Part shown: in pieces, positions 41,627 to 50,737 of the stretch
Layout: every line of letters starts with the position of its first letter
How positions within the stretch are numbered: the stretch's first letter is position 1
IMG/VR virus record: IMGVR_UViG_3300042516_005163
Span: 1 to 64,000 of that record
Origin: a virus
DNA: 64,000 nucleotides
Strand: one strand, 5' to 3'
Notes under the pieces: model-generated
The model's database searches: none
What the model saw: the letters and a program-made list of their open reading frames with translations, nothing else
What the model was told of the DNA's origin: nothing
Program-made: the position numbers and the translations under genes

Positions 41627-43035
41627 GTTGTTAAATCACCTGCTAAAAGCCAAATATTTGTACCAGTGTTTATCAACGACGCTGTTGCATACTGACCATT
41701 TAATTTTAATCTACCACCTCTAGAGTTTAAAGTTACCCCTGCAGTAGCAGATACTGTCACTTGGCCTGTTCCTATCTGTGATATAGGAATTTGAGTTCCG
41801 CTTAAAAATGCTATATTTGAATACAATGGAACAATTAATGTCATAGCATTACTGCTAGAAAGTGATACCAATGAACTTGAATCACTCAACGATAAAGTGT
41901 AATTTGTATTTGTTTGACCATTGATTGGTAATAATTTTTGTGCAAAGTTAGCACTTTGTGCGGTTACTGTTGTGTAAACACTATTCCAATTGTTACTATT
42001 ACCACCAGGTGTAATAACTGTCACACCACGGACATTTCCTTCTGATGTTATATTATTTACATATGTAAAGTTAGCTGTATTTGCGGTTATATTAGAACCT
42101 AAAATAAACGTATTTGAAGCTTGTGATGTATTACCTACACCTCCAACAACAATTGAGTTGTTACCAGTTGCTGTATTGTTCACACCACTGAAAACAGCAG
42201 CACCACCACCAAATGCAAAGTTACCACTACCAGAGCCAATATAGGTATAATCACCAAATGCAAAGTTAGATAAACCACCTACAATTGTACCATATGCACC
42301 ACCTACATTATTTCTATCACCACCACCAATGAAACCGTATGATGCGTTTGTGGTATTATTTACACCACCAACAATTACAGTATAAGAAGCATTTGCGTTG
42401 TTATTGTTACCACCACCTACAAATCCCAAAATACCTGGAGCGTTGTTAGTTAACCCTCCTCCAACTACACCCAAATAACTTGCAAGATTATTTAACCCAC
42501 CTGCAACCGTACCATATTGTGCAGCAGTATTATTTACACCACCACCAATAGTACCAAAATCACTATTTACAGTGTTATCTTTACCACCGCCGATAAAACC
42601 ATATGCACTTAATACACGATTGTTTGTACCACCTACTACAGCACCACCTGTGCAGCTTAATGAAACTAAATTTGCAGAACCACCAGCGATAGTTGTAAAA
42701 TCACCACGAACAGAGTTATAACCACCTCCGAGTATGTTTGAATATTTACCCAATACAGATTGAGAAGCATTGCTACCTAAATATTGTAAATCAATAGATC
42801 CAACACCAGGTGGCAGTTTTTGATCGTTGGTAGGGTAGCTATAACTGCGAACAAAAAACGATGATAACGTTGGTGAAAAAATTACACCACCAAACGCTGA
42901 AATAGGGCACTGATAAGTTGTCAGTCCTTGAACGATTGCTGTAATTTCTTTATTAGTTAAATTAGGAAGATTATCAGCACCGAAACCGATTGGACTTGAT
43001 GATAATTTAGGAAGATTTGAAATTTTAACACCCAT
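41623..43035 (-). CDS. Fibre/adhesin with YadA-head-like GGxxN beta-roll repeats
   Basis: About 15 repeats of (I/V)xGGxxNxx. VKISNLP N-terminus. C-terminal QIGTGQVTV...YATASLI..TNIWLLAGDL. Confidence 0.75.
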   Translation of the reverse strand: MGVKISNLPKLSSSPIGFGADNLPNLTNKEITAIVQGLTTYQCPISAFGGVIFSPTLSSFFVRSYSYPTNDQKLPPGVGSIDLQYLGSNASQSVLGKYSNILGGGYNSVRGDFTTIAGGSANLVSLSCTGGAVVGGTNNRVLSAYGFIGGGKDNTVNSDFGTIGGGVNNTAAQYGTVAGGLNNLASYLGVVGGGLTNNAPGILGFVGGGNNNNANASYTVIVGGVNNTTNASYGFIGGGDRNNVGGAYGTIVGGLSNFAFGDYTYIGSGSGNFAFGGGAAVFSGVNNTATGNNSIVVGGVGNTSQASNTFILGSNITANTANFTYVNNITSEGNVRGVTVITPGGNSNNWNSVYTTVTAQSANFAQKLLPINGQTNTNYTLSLSDSSSLVSLSSSNAMTLIVPLYSNIAFLSGTQIPISQIGTGQVTVSATAGVTLNSRGGRLKLNGQYATASLINTGTNIWLLAGDLTT

Positions 43036-43048
43036 TTGAAATATTTAA

Positions 43049-43076
43049 TTGATCTTTCTGTTTTTACATTTATAAT
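43049..43076 (+). promoter_or_regulatory. Sigma70-like promoter TTGATC-N16-TATAAT, 7 nt before ATG 43084
   Basis: Seen in sequence; divergent from the late TAAATA of the fibre gene at 43035. Confidence 0.55.
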
Positions 43077-43083
43077 TAGTGTA

Positions 43084-43779
43084 ATGCATATTAAATTCGA
43101 CGAAAAAACTCATCGATATCATAATAATAACACCGGTGAACAGTATACTTCAGCAACACAATTGCTATCTCAATTTAAAAAACCGTTTGATAAAGATTTT
43201 CACGCTACACGAGTTGCTAAACGTGAAGGTATTTCTAAAGAGTTAGTACTTGAAATGTGGGAGCACGAGAAAGAAAAAAGCTGTATTAAAGGTAAAAACT
43301 TTCATGCCCTTTTAGAAAACTATGTTAAATTTAGTGAAACTGTAGAAGGTTATAGTTGGTTATATAAAACATTTGAAAAACAACGTGAAACTCTTGTTGG
43401 TTCGTGCAAAAAGATTTATACTGAAAAACTACTATGGAATGATGAATTTAAGTTAGCAGGTACTTGCGACTTGCTTTATGAGCATGAAGATAATTTTACA
43501 ATTATTGATTACAAAACAAACAAAAATATCTCTTCATTCTCTAAATATGGTGAGTATTTACTTTCGCCTATTGATTTTTTAACTAATTGTGAATATAATG
43601 TATATGCATTACAATTATCGTTATATGCATACATGTTCGAATTAATTTCCAATAAAAAGGTAAGGAACTTACATATACTATATTTACAAGAAGATAGATT
43701 TACACCATATACAGTACCGTATATGAAGATGGAAATCGATTTACTTTTAAAAACACACAAAGCAAATACGAATAAATAA
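43084..43779 (+). CDS. PD-(D/E)XK exonuclease (Cas4/lambda-exo-like; start corrected to ATG 43084)
   Basis: FDEKTHRY, SATQLL, G..FH..LE, LAGTCDLL, IIDYKT and YALQLSLYAYM. Confidence 0.8.
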   Translation: MHIKFDEKTHRYHNNNTGEQYTSATQLLSQFKKPFDKDFHATRVAKREGISKELVLEMWEHEKEKSCIKGKNFHALLENYVKFSETVEGYSWLYKTFEKQRETLVGSCKKIYTEKLLWNDEFKLAGTCDLLYEHEDNFTIIDYKTNKNISSFSKYGEYLLSPIDFLTNCEYNVYALQLSLYAYMFELISNKKVRNLHILYLQEDRFTPYTVPYMKMEIDLLLKTHKANTNK

Positions 43780-43794
43780 TAATACAAATAGATA

Positions 43795-44199
43795 ATGAGC
43801 ACAAATCAACTTGATAAGTTGCATGAGTTTGACTTCTGGTCAATGATTAATAACATTAAATGGGGTGATTGTACCACAAAATGTATTGCTGCGAAGCGAT
43901 ATATCATGCATAACTTTCCACCATACAAAACAAATGTGTTTCGTAGAATCGCTGATAATTATACTTGTCAGCTGGTTGAAAAATATATGAACGATTTAAG
44001 CACCACATTCTCGTATACAGAAGTTTATAACGGTGCATATGAAGTTATTAGTCAAGGCAAAACTTCATATGATAGCTATTTCAATAAACCGTCATTGCTT
44101 ACACCAATTATTGAATATATTATTAGTAAGGATGAAGATGAAAAATTTGTGTATGCAATGCCATTAGAAGACGATTTCTTCAACCAGGATATTATCTGA
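43795..44199 (+). CDS. Hypothetical protein
   Basis: 134-aa ORF in tandem with its neighbours. Confidence 0.6.
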   Translation: MSTNQLDKLHEFDFWSMINNIKWGDCTTKCIAAKRYIMHNFPPYKTNVFRRIADNYTCQLVEKYMNDLSTTFSYTEVYNGAYEVISQGKTSYDSYFNKPSLLTPIIEYIISKDEDEKFVYAMPLEDDFFNQDII

Positions 44200-44693
44200 T
44201 GATTACAATCAATTTAAAACCAACAAGGTTAGCTAAAACTGAATTTAACTTTGTTGATTTTGATGTGCTATCTCATTGTGTAACTGGATTGATTAATAAT
44301 ATCAACTTTGATAATATTGACCGCAAATATGAAATCAAAGTTGATGTATCAAAGTTTCCAGTAGAAAACCCACATAGTCATTATCTATGGAAGAAAAACA
44401 AAATTTGTATTGCACCACATAAACGATACAAAAAAGCGTATATATTGAGACGTTTTATTAATTGTTTCATACATGAATTAAAGCACTGGTCGCAAGATAA
44501 ACTACTCAAAGTAAGTTTTTTCAAAAACTATAGTGATCAAGGGAGAGATTATTATTCATGTCCTCTAGAAAAAGATACAAGACAGTATACTGCCCTTTTG
44601 TTGAATGCGACGCTAAAAAACTATAACGCGTTGTTAGAGATTAAACAACAAAGCTTAGAATATAAGAAATTGAATATTCAATTCAATTATTAA
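44199..44693 (+). CDS. Putative zincin metallopeptidase-like protein (HExxH)
   Basis: FIHELKHWSQ...YYSCPLEKD. Confidence 0.55.
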   Translation: MITINLKPTRLAKTEFNFVDFDVLSHCVTGLINNINFDNIDRKYEIKVDVSKFPVENPHSHYLWKKNKICIAPHKRYKKAYILRRFINCFIHELKHWSQDKLLKVSFFKNYSDQGRDYYSCPLEKDTRQYTALLLNATLKNYNALLEIKQQSLEYKKLNIQFNY

Positions 44694-44702
44694 ATAAACC
44701 TA

Positions 44703-45605
44703 TTACCAAACTGTAATAGCTCCTCCACCCCCGGTAGGTAGGGTAACATTGGTACCAGCGGTCATGTTAGCAACATTGAAAACTGTTGTAGCGGTAATTG
44801 TTCCTGTACCACCACCAATGTTGCCAACAAGTTGAACTGTTCCGTTGTTGGTGGTAACTGTTCCTGAATTGCTTGATACAGTTCCACCACTGGCATTTGT
44901 GGTTACTGTTCCACTGTTTGCGGAAACAGTTCCACCACTGGCATTAGTAGTTATTGTGCTGGTATTACTTGATACCAAGCCGCTATTGGTAGTTAGTGGA
45001 CCACCATTAGTAGTGACTGATGCACCAAAAGAATTTGTATTTATAGATCCACCATTGGTGGATACCACACCGTTATTGGTTGTAATAGATGCCCCAAAAG
45101 AATTTGTTGTAACGGTGCCATTATTAATAGTAACTATATTAGTATTGTCATCAATGATTCCTCCGTTAAAATTAATGGTAACTGTGCCATTATTTGTATT
45201 TGTAGTTCCTTCATTATTTGAAATTGTTCCACCAGATACATTTGTGACAACAATTCCACCAACAGAATTAGTTGTTACTAAAGCATAATTGTTAGTAACA
45301 GTTCCACTGTTGCCAGTAACAGTTCCACTATTATCAGTAATAGTGCAACTCAAAGCATTTGCCACAACGGTTCCACCACTAGCAATGTTTGTAACTACAC
45401 CATTATTGGTTGTCACAGTTCCATAAACTATAACTGTATTGTATCCGCTTGAAGGAACCTCATCAACTGTGTTACCAGCATTGATTTCGCAATCATCGCT
45501 TGCTGTTGGAATAGCAGTATTAGGAATAGTGCCAGCTTGATCTTGAAACCAATTGGCAAAATCATTCCAAAGTCCAGAACCTTGATTTATGTAATATAAT
45601 GTCAT
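44703..45605 (-). CDS. Thr/Asn/Gly-rich beta-solenoid repeat protein (virion appendage)
   Basis: Many NxGTVTT (7-aa) and NASGGTVSx (9-aa) repeats after a W...NW..P..DD N-terminal cap. Confidence 0.65.
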   Translation of the reverse strand: MTLYYINQGSGLWNDFANWFQDQAGTIPNTAIPTASDDCEINAGNTVDEVPSSGYNTVIVYGTVTTNNGVVTNIASGGTVVANALSCTITDNSGTVTGNSGTVTNNYALVTTNSVGGIVVTNVSGGTISNNEGTTNTNNGTVTINFNGGIIDDNTNIVTINNGTVTTNSFGASITTNNGVVSTNGGSINTNSFGASVTTNGGPLTTNSGLVSSNTSTITTNASGGTVSANSGTVTTNASGGTVSSNSGTVTTNNGTVQLVGNIGGGTGTITATTVFNVANMTAGTNVTLPTGGGGAITVW

Positions 45606-47818
45606 GGTGCAAATTCTTGATTACGAACGAGCCACCACTTCGTTCCATTGTAATTCATTTCAAACAGGCGAGTGAATCCTGATGATACAATTCCACTAAA
45701 AGTTGTCCCTCTTGGTGTAAGTATGTTGGCTCCCAATGTGATTGTTCTATCTGCACCAGAAGCAGTAAAACGACCCTTCCATAAGCTACCATCAGTTGCA
45801 TTTGTAGGGGCATTGAGTGTGAGATCACCTGTCATGGTAACTTTTCTGCTGATGCCATCACTCAAACTAGGTGTTATTGATGCTGCATATGTGAGTGTTG
45901 TTGGAGCAGCTGTATCAGTCCATGCAGCAGAATATGTTTGAACTGTTGAATAAACTGATGTATTATTAGCACTTTGGGTTCTAAAATTTGTATATGTGTT
46001 CTGCCAGTTACTAGAAAGAGCTCTTACCCCGCTATCAATAGTACTATCAACAGCCCATGATGCTGAATTAGCTTGAACTGTTGTATATGTGTTCTGCCAG
46101 TTACTAGAAAGAGCTCTAACACCTGTATCTATTCCAGAGCCACCACCACCACCTCCACCTAATAATCCAAATAAATCTTGACCACCTGAAAGTAATTGAC
46201 CAGACGCAATATTAAGTGTACCGTTCATGATACCACCAGCTGCAAATTGCTGAGCTACAGAACCACCACCACCGTAACCTGCAACATACTTCTTAAGACT
46301 TGCAGACTCATTATCTAATCTAGATTCAAGTTGCTTCTTTAATTGAGCTAAGTCTTCCTTTTTAACAGCTACTAATGTAACATCTCTTACTTTCTTTTCT
46401 ACAGCTTCAGTTAAAGTTGCTGCAACATGTTTAATATCATTTAAACTTTTTTCAGCAACTATTGTTAATTGATCTTTAGCTTTATCTAATTCAGTTACCT
46501 GCGCGGTAGCCTCAACTTGTATTTTTGCAACAGCTTCAGCTGCAGTTGCTGTAAGAGATTTTTCAGCTTTATTTGTAACATCTTCTACGTCTTTGATTTT
46601 AGATTGTAATATACTTACTTGGTTTTCCGCAATAGTAGCTAGTTCACTCTTAGTTTTATCTAAAATGTTAACCTTATCTTGTATATCTATATCTAATTTT
46701 ACTACATGTTCTTGAGACTTATACTCTAATCCCTTTACAGCTTCATTAATAGTTTCTGTGAGTGTATTACCCGCACGTTCTAAAGCATCATTTATATCTT
46801 TGATCTTAGTATTGAATGTATTAATTTTACTTTCTACAAGAGAAGTTAAATCATTTATTTTTTTATCTGCGGTAGCCTGTAATTGTGTAATTTTTTTACC
46901 TACAAGAGATTGTGCTCTTTTGAGATTTTCAGATACTATTTGATTAGCTTTTGTGTTAAGTTTTTCTATGTTATCATAGCTAGAAGTTTTTTCTTTTAAA
47001 AATTCTTCCTTTGTTGTTGTTATAAAAGCTTTAATACTATCATAAGCCTCAGAAATATGTTTTAACTGAGATTTGGTCTCAACATCTAATTCGGCTAACT
47101 TAGTATTAACTTCGAAGTTGACTTTTTCTTGCAACTCACGAAGTTGGGTTGTTTTTTCCTCTGCTGTTTGATTTATAGTATCACTATAAAGTTCGACAGT
47201 TGTTAAGATGTTCTCTCTGATTGAGTTAATCTCAGCAAGAGTTGAATCTCTATCAATACGATTAGCATTAATAGATTTTTCAACCAAAGTTGTGAGGTTA
47301 TTTTTAGCTGAATTAATACTCTCTGTAGAAGATTCTTGAATTTGAGAAATGCGTTCATCTATTAAGTCGGTAATTGATTGTCTGAATTGGTCAATCTTAT
47401 GCTTTTTATTGACATAACTTTCATGTAAAACGCCAATTGCAACAGTTTTTTCACGACTTATATCTGAAACTGATGGTTGGTAAAATTCACTTATAATACC
47501 ATCAACTACAGCTTTTTCTTGTTTAAGTGTGTTGCGGCCATTTGAAAGCGACTTTGTATTTAAAAAAATATTATTTTTACCTTCGCGTAATACAAATAGG
47601 GTGGAGTATATTTTACCACTAACTTGAGTGTCTATTTTGATTACAGGGTCTCCATTAATTGAATCTACTTTTTCTGCTATAATCTTATTAGCACCGCAAT
47701 TAATTTCAAATACATCAATGAATATTTCTTTAAATTCCTGCGCAATAATATAATTCAAACCTTTATCCGTAGGTGTGTATGAATGCTCACGATCTAGTAT
47801 TTTAAGAGTACTGCTCAC
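45602..47818 (-). CDS. Long coiled-coil fibre/whisker protein with Gly linkers and a C-terminal fibre domain
   Basis: About 400-aa heptad-rich region, GYGGGGSVAQQFAAGGIMNGTLNI and SxNWxxxYTTV repeats. GTG start with TAAATA 5 nt upstream. Confidence 0.65.
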   Translation of the reverse strand: MSSTLKILDREHSYTPTDKGLNYIIAQEFKEIFIDVFEINCGANKIIAEKVDSINGDPVIKIDTQVSGKIYSTLFVLREGKNNIFLNTKSLSNGRNTLKQEKAVVDGIISEFYQPSVSDISREKTVAIGVLHESYVNKKHKIDQFRQSITDLIDERISQIQESSTESINSAKNNLTTLVEKSINANRIDRDSTLAEINSIRENILTTVELYSDTINQTAEEKTTQLRELQEKVNFEVNTKLAELDVETKSQLKHISEAYDSIKAFITTTKEEFLKEKTSSYDNIEKLNTKANQIVSENLKRAQSLVGKKITQLQATADKKINDLTSLVESKINTFNTKIKDINDALERAGNTLTETINEAVKGLEYKSQEHVVKLDIDIQDKVNILDKTKSELATIAENQVSILQSKIKDVEDVTNKAEKSLTATAAEAVAKIQVEATAQVTELDKAKDQLTIVAEKSLNDIKHVAATLTEAVEKKVRDVTLVAVKKEDLAQLKKQLESRLDNESASLKKYVAGYGGGGSVAQQFAAGGIMNGTLNIASGQLLSGGQDLFGLLGGGGGGGSGIDTGVRALSSNWQNTYTTVQANSASWAVDSTIDSGVRALSSNWQNTYTNFRTQSANNTSVYSTVQTYSAAWTDTAAPTTLTYAASITPSLSDGISRKVTMTGDLTLNAPTNATDGSLWKGRFTASGADRTITLGANILTPRGTTFSGIVSSGFTRLFEMNYNGTKWWLVRNQEFAP
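45988..46117. repeat. Exact 37-bp direct repeat at 93-bp spacing inside the coiled-coil fibre gene
   Basis: ttgtatatgtgttctgccagttactagaaagagctct at 45988-46024 and 46081-46117; encodes RALSSNWQNTYT twice. Confidence 0.9.
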
Positions 47819-47856
47819 TACTTTATTTATTCAAAAGAATAAAACCACAACTTAGT

Positions 47857-48174
47857 TTAAGCATAAGATTGAGTTGAGAACGAATAATACTGCGCTCTGC
47901 AATAAATGCTTGGTGCAGTTGGATTTGCAGCAAATTTTGCACTCAACATATCTGAACTAGTTACACCTCTGATTGAAACTGTATCACCTGAATTGATTGC
48001 AAAAGCACGAGCATCAGATGTAAAACCATTATCATAAATCAATAATAATTGACCAGATCCTGTTGGATTTGTTATAACGACTTCTGAGCACGGAAATGCA
48101 GATAATTTAGCAGGTGTCAAGCTATTAGCAGATACACTAAATGAAAAGCAATTATTAAGATTTTGAAAAGCCAT
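47857..48174 (-). CDS. Small beta-rich virion protein (start corrected to ATG 48174)
   Basis: MAFQNLNNCFSFSV...; TAAATA lies 5 nt upstream. Confidence 0.55.
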   Translation of the reverse strand: MAFQNLNNCFSFSVSANSLTPAKLSAFPCSEVVITNPTGSGQLLLIYDNGFTSDARAFAINSGDTVSIRGVTSSDMLSAKFAANPTAPSIYCRAQYYSFSTQSYA

Positions 48175-48274
48175 AATAATATTTATTCTTTTCAACTCAC
48201 TTCGTTAATTATTAATCTATAACTCTTTTTACTAAATCCACTAAAAAATTTAAAAATCAAAAATATATAATAGT

Positions 48275-48493
48275 ATGGATAATTTAAAATTAAAAAGATT
48301 CATTGAGAAAGAACTAGAAAAAATTGCAGACATCGTTGATGTAATATATGATAAACTCGAAGAAAATGGCGACGAGGATCTATTTGAAACATCAGACATT
48401 TGGTTATCAGGAATAAAACATTTAATTAATTACGATGAAACTGATTTAACAGTTGATTCTACAGCCGCTGATACACTAGATATGTTAGTATGA
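48275..48493 (+). CDS. Small acidic hypothetical protein
   Basis: 72 aa, D/E-rich. Its stop codon overlaps the rmlA start. Confidence 0.6.
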   Translation: MDNLKLKRFIEKELEKIADIVDVIYDKLEENGDEDLFETSDIWLSGIKHLINYDETDLTVDSTAADTLDMLV

Positions 48494-49254
48494 ATCGTGT
48501 TGGTATTATTCTATGTGGTGGTGTGGGCTCTAGATTGGGGCAGATAACTAAAGCTATACCCAAATCTCTTGTCCCAGTATACAATAAACCGCTAGTTGAT
48601 TACCAATTAGAATTATTTGAGTTTTTGAATGTACGTGATATTATTATTATCACTAGACCCGATACATATGAGTTATTTACCAATTACTTGTTAAAAGATT
48701 CAAATTGGGCTGACCGATTTGATAACATTAAAATACTCGAGCAGAAAACACCTGGGGGTATTGCGCAAGCGTACCAAATTGTATATAATCATGTACCTGA
48801 AGGTGCTAACACTTTATTAGGACTTGGTGATAATATATTTCATTTTGCAAATGAAAATGAAAAAGAAGATTTGAAACGTTGGAGTAATTCAAATACAAAT
48901 TTTATTACAACTATATCTGTCAAAGATCCAAGACCATATGGTGTGGTAAAATTTTTAGGTGGTACAGATGTAATTGATGATGTGGTTGAAAAGCCAACAG
49001 ATCCCCCTTCTAATCAAATTATACCTGGATTGTATTTCTTTGATTATACAGTATTTGAAAAAGCAAAAAATCTTCAACCCTCTTCACGTGGAGAACTTGA
49101 AATCACAGACGTACAAAAACTATATATTAAAGAAGGTAAATTAGCAGCGTTTAAATTCAAATCAGTATTCTGGTATGATTGTGGCACGGTGCAAGATTTA
49201 TTGGACGCAAATAATTTCATGCATATCATGGAGGACAAACAATGCAAAATTTAA
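48490..49254 (+). CDS. rmlA: Glucose-1-phosphate thymidylyltransferase
   Basis: GIILCGGVGSRL, K.LVPVYNKP, Q..PGGIAQA, LGDNIF, VEKP, PGLYFFD, PSSRGELEITDV and WYDCGT. Confidence 0.92.
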   Translation: MNRVGIILCGGVGSRLGQITKAIPKSLVPVYNKPLVDYQLELFEFLNVRDIIIITRPDTYELFTNYLLKDSNWADRFDNIKILEQKTPGGIAQAYQIVYNHVPEGANTLLGLGDNIFHFANENEKEDLKRWSNSNTNFITTISVKDPRPYGVVKFLGGTDVIDDVVEKPTDPPSNQIIPGLYFFDYTVFEKAKNLQPSSRGELEITDVQKLYIKEGKLAAFKFKSVFWYDCGTVQDLLDANNFMHIMEDKQCKI

Positions 49255-50309
49255 CTCTTGAAAATAAAACAATTTTAGTTACAGGTGGTTACGGCTTTAT
49301 TATGTCTAACCTCATTAATTTGCTGAACGATACATATTACAATATCACAATTATAAATGTAGATAAATGTGGTGCTGGATCTAACAAATCTAACATTTTA
49401 CCTGCACAACATAACAACAAGATCATTAATTTGCATTTAAAATGCGAGAATGAAAAATTTGTGAAAATACTTAAAGAGTATCAACCAGACTTTATTATTC
49501 ATGGAGCAGCTGAGTCTCATGTCGATCGTTCAATTGAAAATCCTGTTGAGTTTGTTAAATCGAATGTTGTTGGTACATCTAATGTAATTGCAGCAGTTGA
49601 TTGGTATCAGAAAAATGTTAAAGAGTGTAGATGTGTGTTAATTAGTACAGATGAGGTGTATGGGCATTTATCACTTACAGATGATCCATGGACGGAAGAT
49701 AGCCATTTAGCTCCGAGATCCCCGTATGCGTCCTCAAAAGCGTCCGCGGATCTGATCGCCTTATCGTTCTATAATACTTTCAAAACTAACTTTTGTATTG
49801 TGAGAGGTTGTAACAACTTTGGCCCAAGACAAGATACAGAAAAACTTATACCAAAATATATTACAACTCTCATTCAGGGTGGTAAAATGCCAGTATATGG
49901 AAACGGTCAAAACGTGCGAGAATGGGTATACGTTACAGAGTTTTGTTTCTTTATTTTAGAAAAACTAGTCACATACGATCCGGGTATTGCTTACAATTAT
50001 GGTAGAGGATTAACTCGATCAAATTTACAAGTATTAGAAGAAGTGTTTAATTGCGTACAGTTTTTTATGGCAAAACGCGAACCAAACAATTTTAACTATA
50101 CTGATTTTAAATCCTCATTACAATTTGTTGAAGATAGAAAAGGTCATGATTTTAGATACGCAATGAAGTCTAAGTACCCTTATCAAATCAATCGCACTGT
50201 TAACAGCTTCAAGAGACAAATTTATAGCACCATTGAGTATTTTTATGAGCAATCCCAAAAATCAAAAAGCAAAAACTGGGTCCAACGAATCTTTGGATTT
50301 ATTTGCTAA
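49242..50309 (+). CDS. rmlB: dTDP-glucose 4,6-dehydratase
   Basis: VTGGYGFI, AAESHVDRSI, ISTDEVYG, SPYASSKAS, NNFGPRQ..EKLIP, VYGNG.NVREW and DRKGHDFRYA. Confidence 0.92.
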   Translation: MQNLTLENKTILVTGGYGFIMSNLINLLNDTYYNITIINVDKCGAGSNKSNILPAQHNNKIINLHLKCENEKFVKILKEYQPDFIIHGAAESHVDRSIENPVEFVKSNVVGTSNVIAAVDWYQKNVKECRCVLISTDEVYGHLSLTDDPWTEDSHLAPRSPYASSKASADLIALSFYNTFKTNFCIVRGCNNFGPRQDTEKLIPKYITTLIQGGKMPVYGNGQNVREWVYVTEFCFFILEKLVTYDPGIAYNYGRGLTRSNLQVLEEVFNCVQFFMAKREPNNFNYTDFKSSLQFVEDRKGHDFRYAMKSKYPYQINRTVNSFKRQIYSTIEYFYEQSQKSKSKNWVQRIFGFIC

Positions 50310-50436
50310 AGCAATCAAGAATACAATTAATGAGTTGCAGCTAATATATTACTCTTGTCCTTACAACGCTAAGGTTGGTATTGAACAGCATATAAATTAC
50401 TTACAAACTACTTTAAAGGAAAATGGATATAATTAA
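50245..50436 (+). CDS. Hypothetical protein
   Basis: Short ORF (MSNPKNQ...) overlapping the 3' end of rmlB and filling the gap. Confidence 0.4.
   Translation: MSNPKNQKAKTGSNESLDLFAKAIKNTINELQLIYYSCPYNAKVGIEQHINYLQTTLKENGYN
50418..50433 (+). promoter_or_regulatory. GGAAA-N5-TATAAT promoter motif, 6 nt before ATG 50440
   Basis: GGAAA ATGGA TATAAT TAAGGT ATG. Confidence 0.6.
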
Positions 50437-50439
50437 GGT

Positions 50440-50688
50440 ATGCTTGTTTCAGACGTACCAAAATTTCAAAACCACGTACAAACCAACGATTTAACACTAG
50501 CTAAAGACTCAATTGAGTACTGGGCTAAACATAGTGATCGAATCGTGTTCAAACATGTACATGATCACGTTAATAAATTAGATAAACAGAAAGAAAAGTA
50601 TACCATTCTATGGTTACCTAATCTAAACATTGTGGTAAAAACTAAAACCACTCGTAAAGAATTCCCTTATTATTCAGAAAGTAATTAA
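50440..50688 (+). CDS. Hypothetical protein
   Basis: 82-aa ORF directly behind the conserved promoter motif. Confidence 0.55.
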   Translation: MLVSDVPKFQNHVQTNDLTLAKDSIEYWAKHSDRIVFKHVHDHVNKLDKQKEKYTILWLPNLNIVVKTKTTRKEFPYYSESN

Positions 50689-50689
50689 C

Positions 50690-50705
50690 GGAAAATCCAT
50701 ATAAT
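50690..50705 (+). promoter_or_regulatory. GGAAA-N5-TATAAT promoter motif upstream of the RadA-like gene
   Basis: GGAAA ATCCA TATAAT followed by a 32-nt A-rich leader. Confidence 0.6.
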
Positions 50706-50737
50706 AAAAGGGTAAAAACAAACAAACAAATAATAAA

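Noticed and set aside
50712-50737. CAAA tandem repeat upstream of the RadA-like gene as a phase-variable microsatellite
   Set aside because: Only three units, in an A-rich unstructured leader; more simply a translation-enhancing leader.
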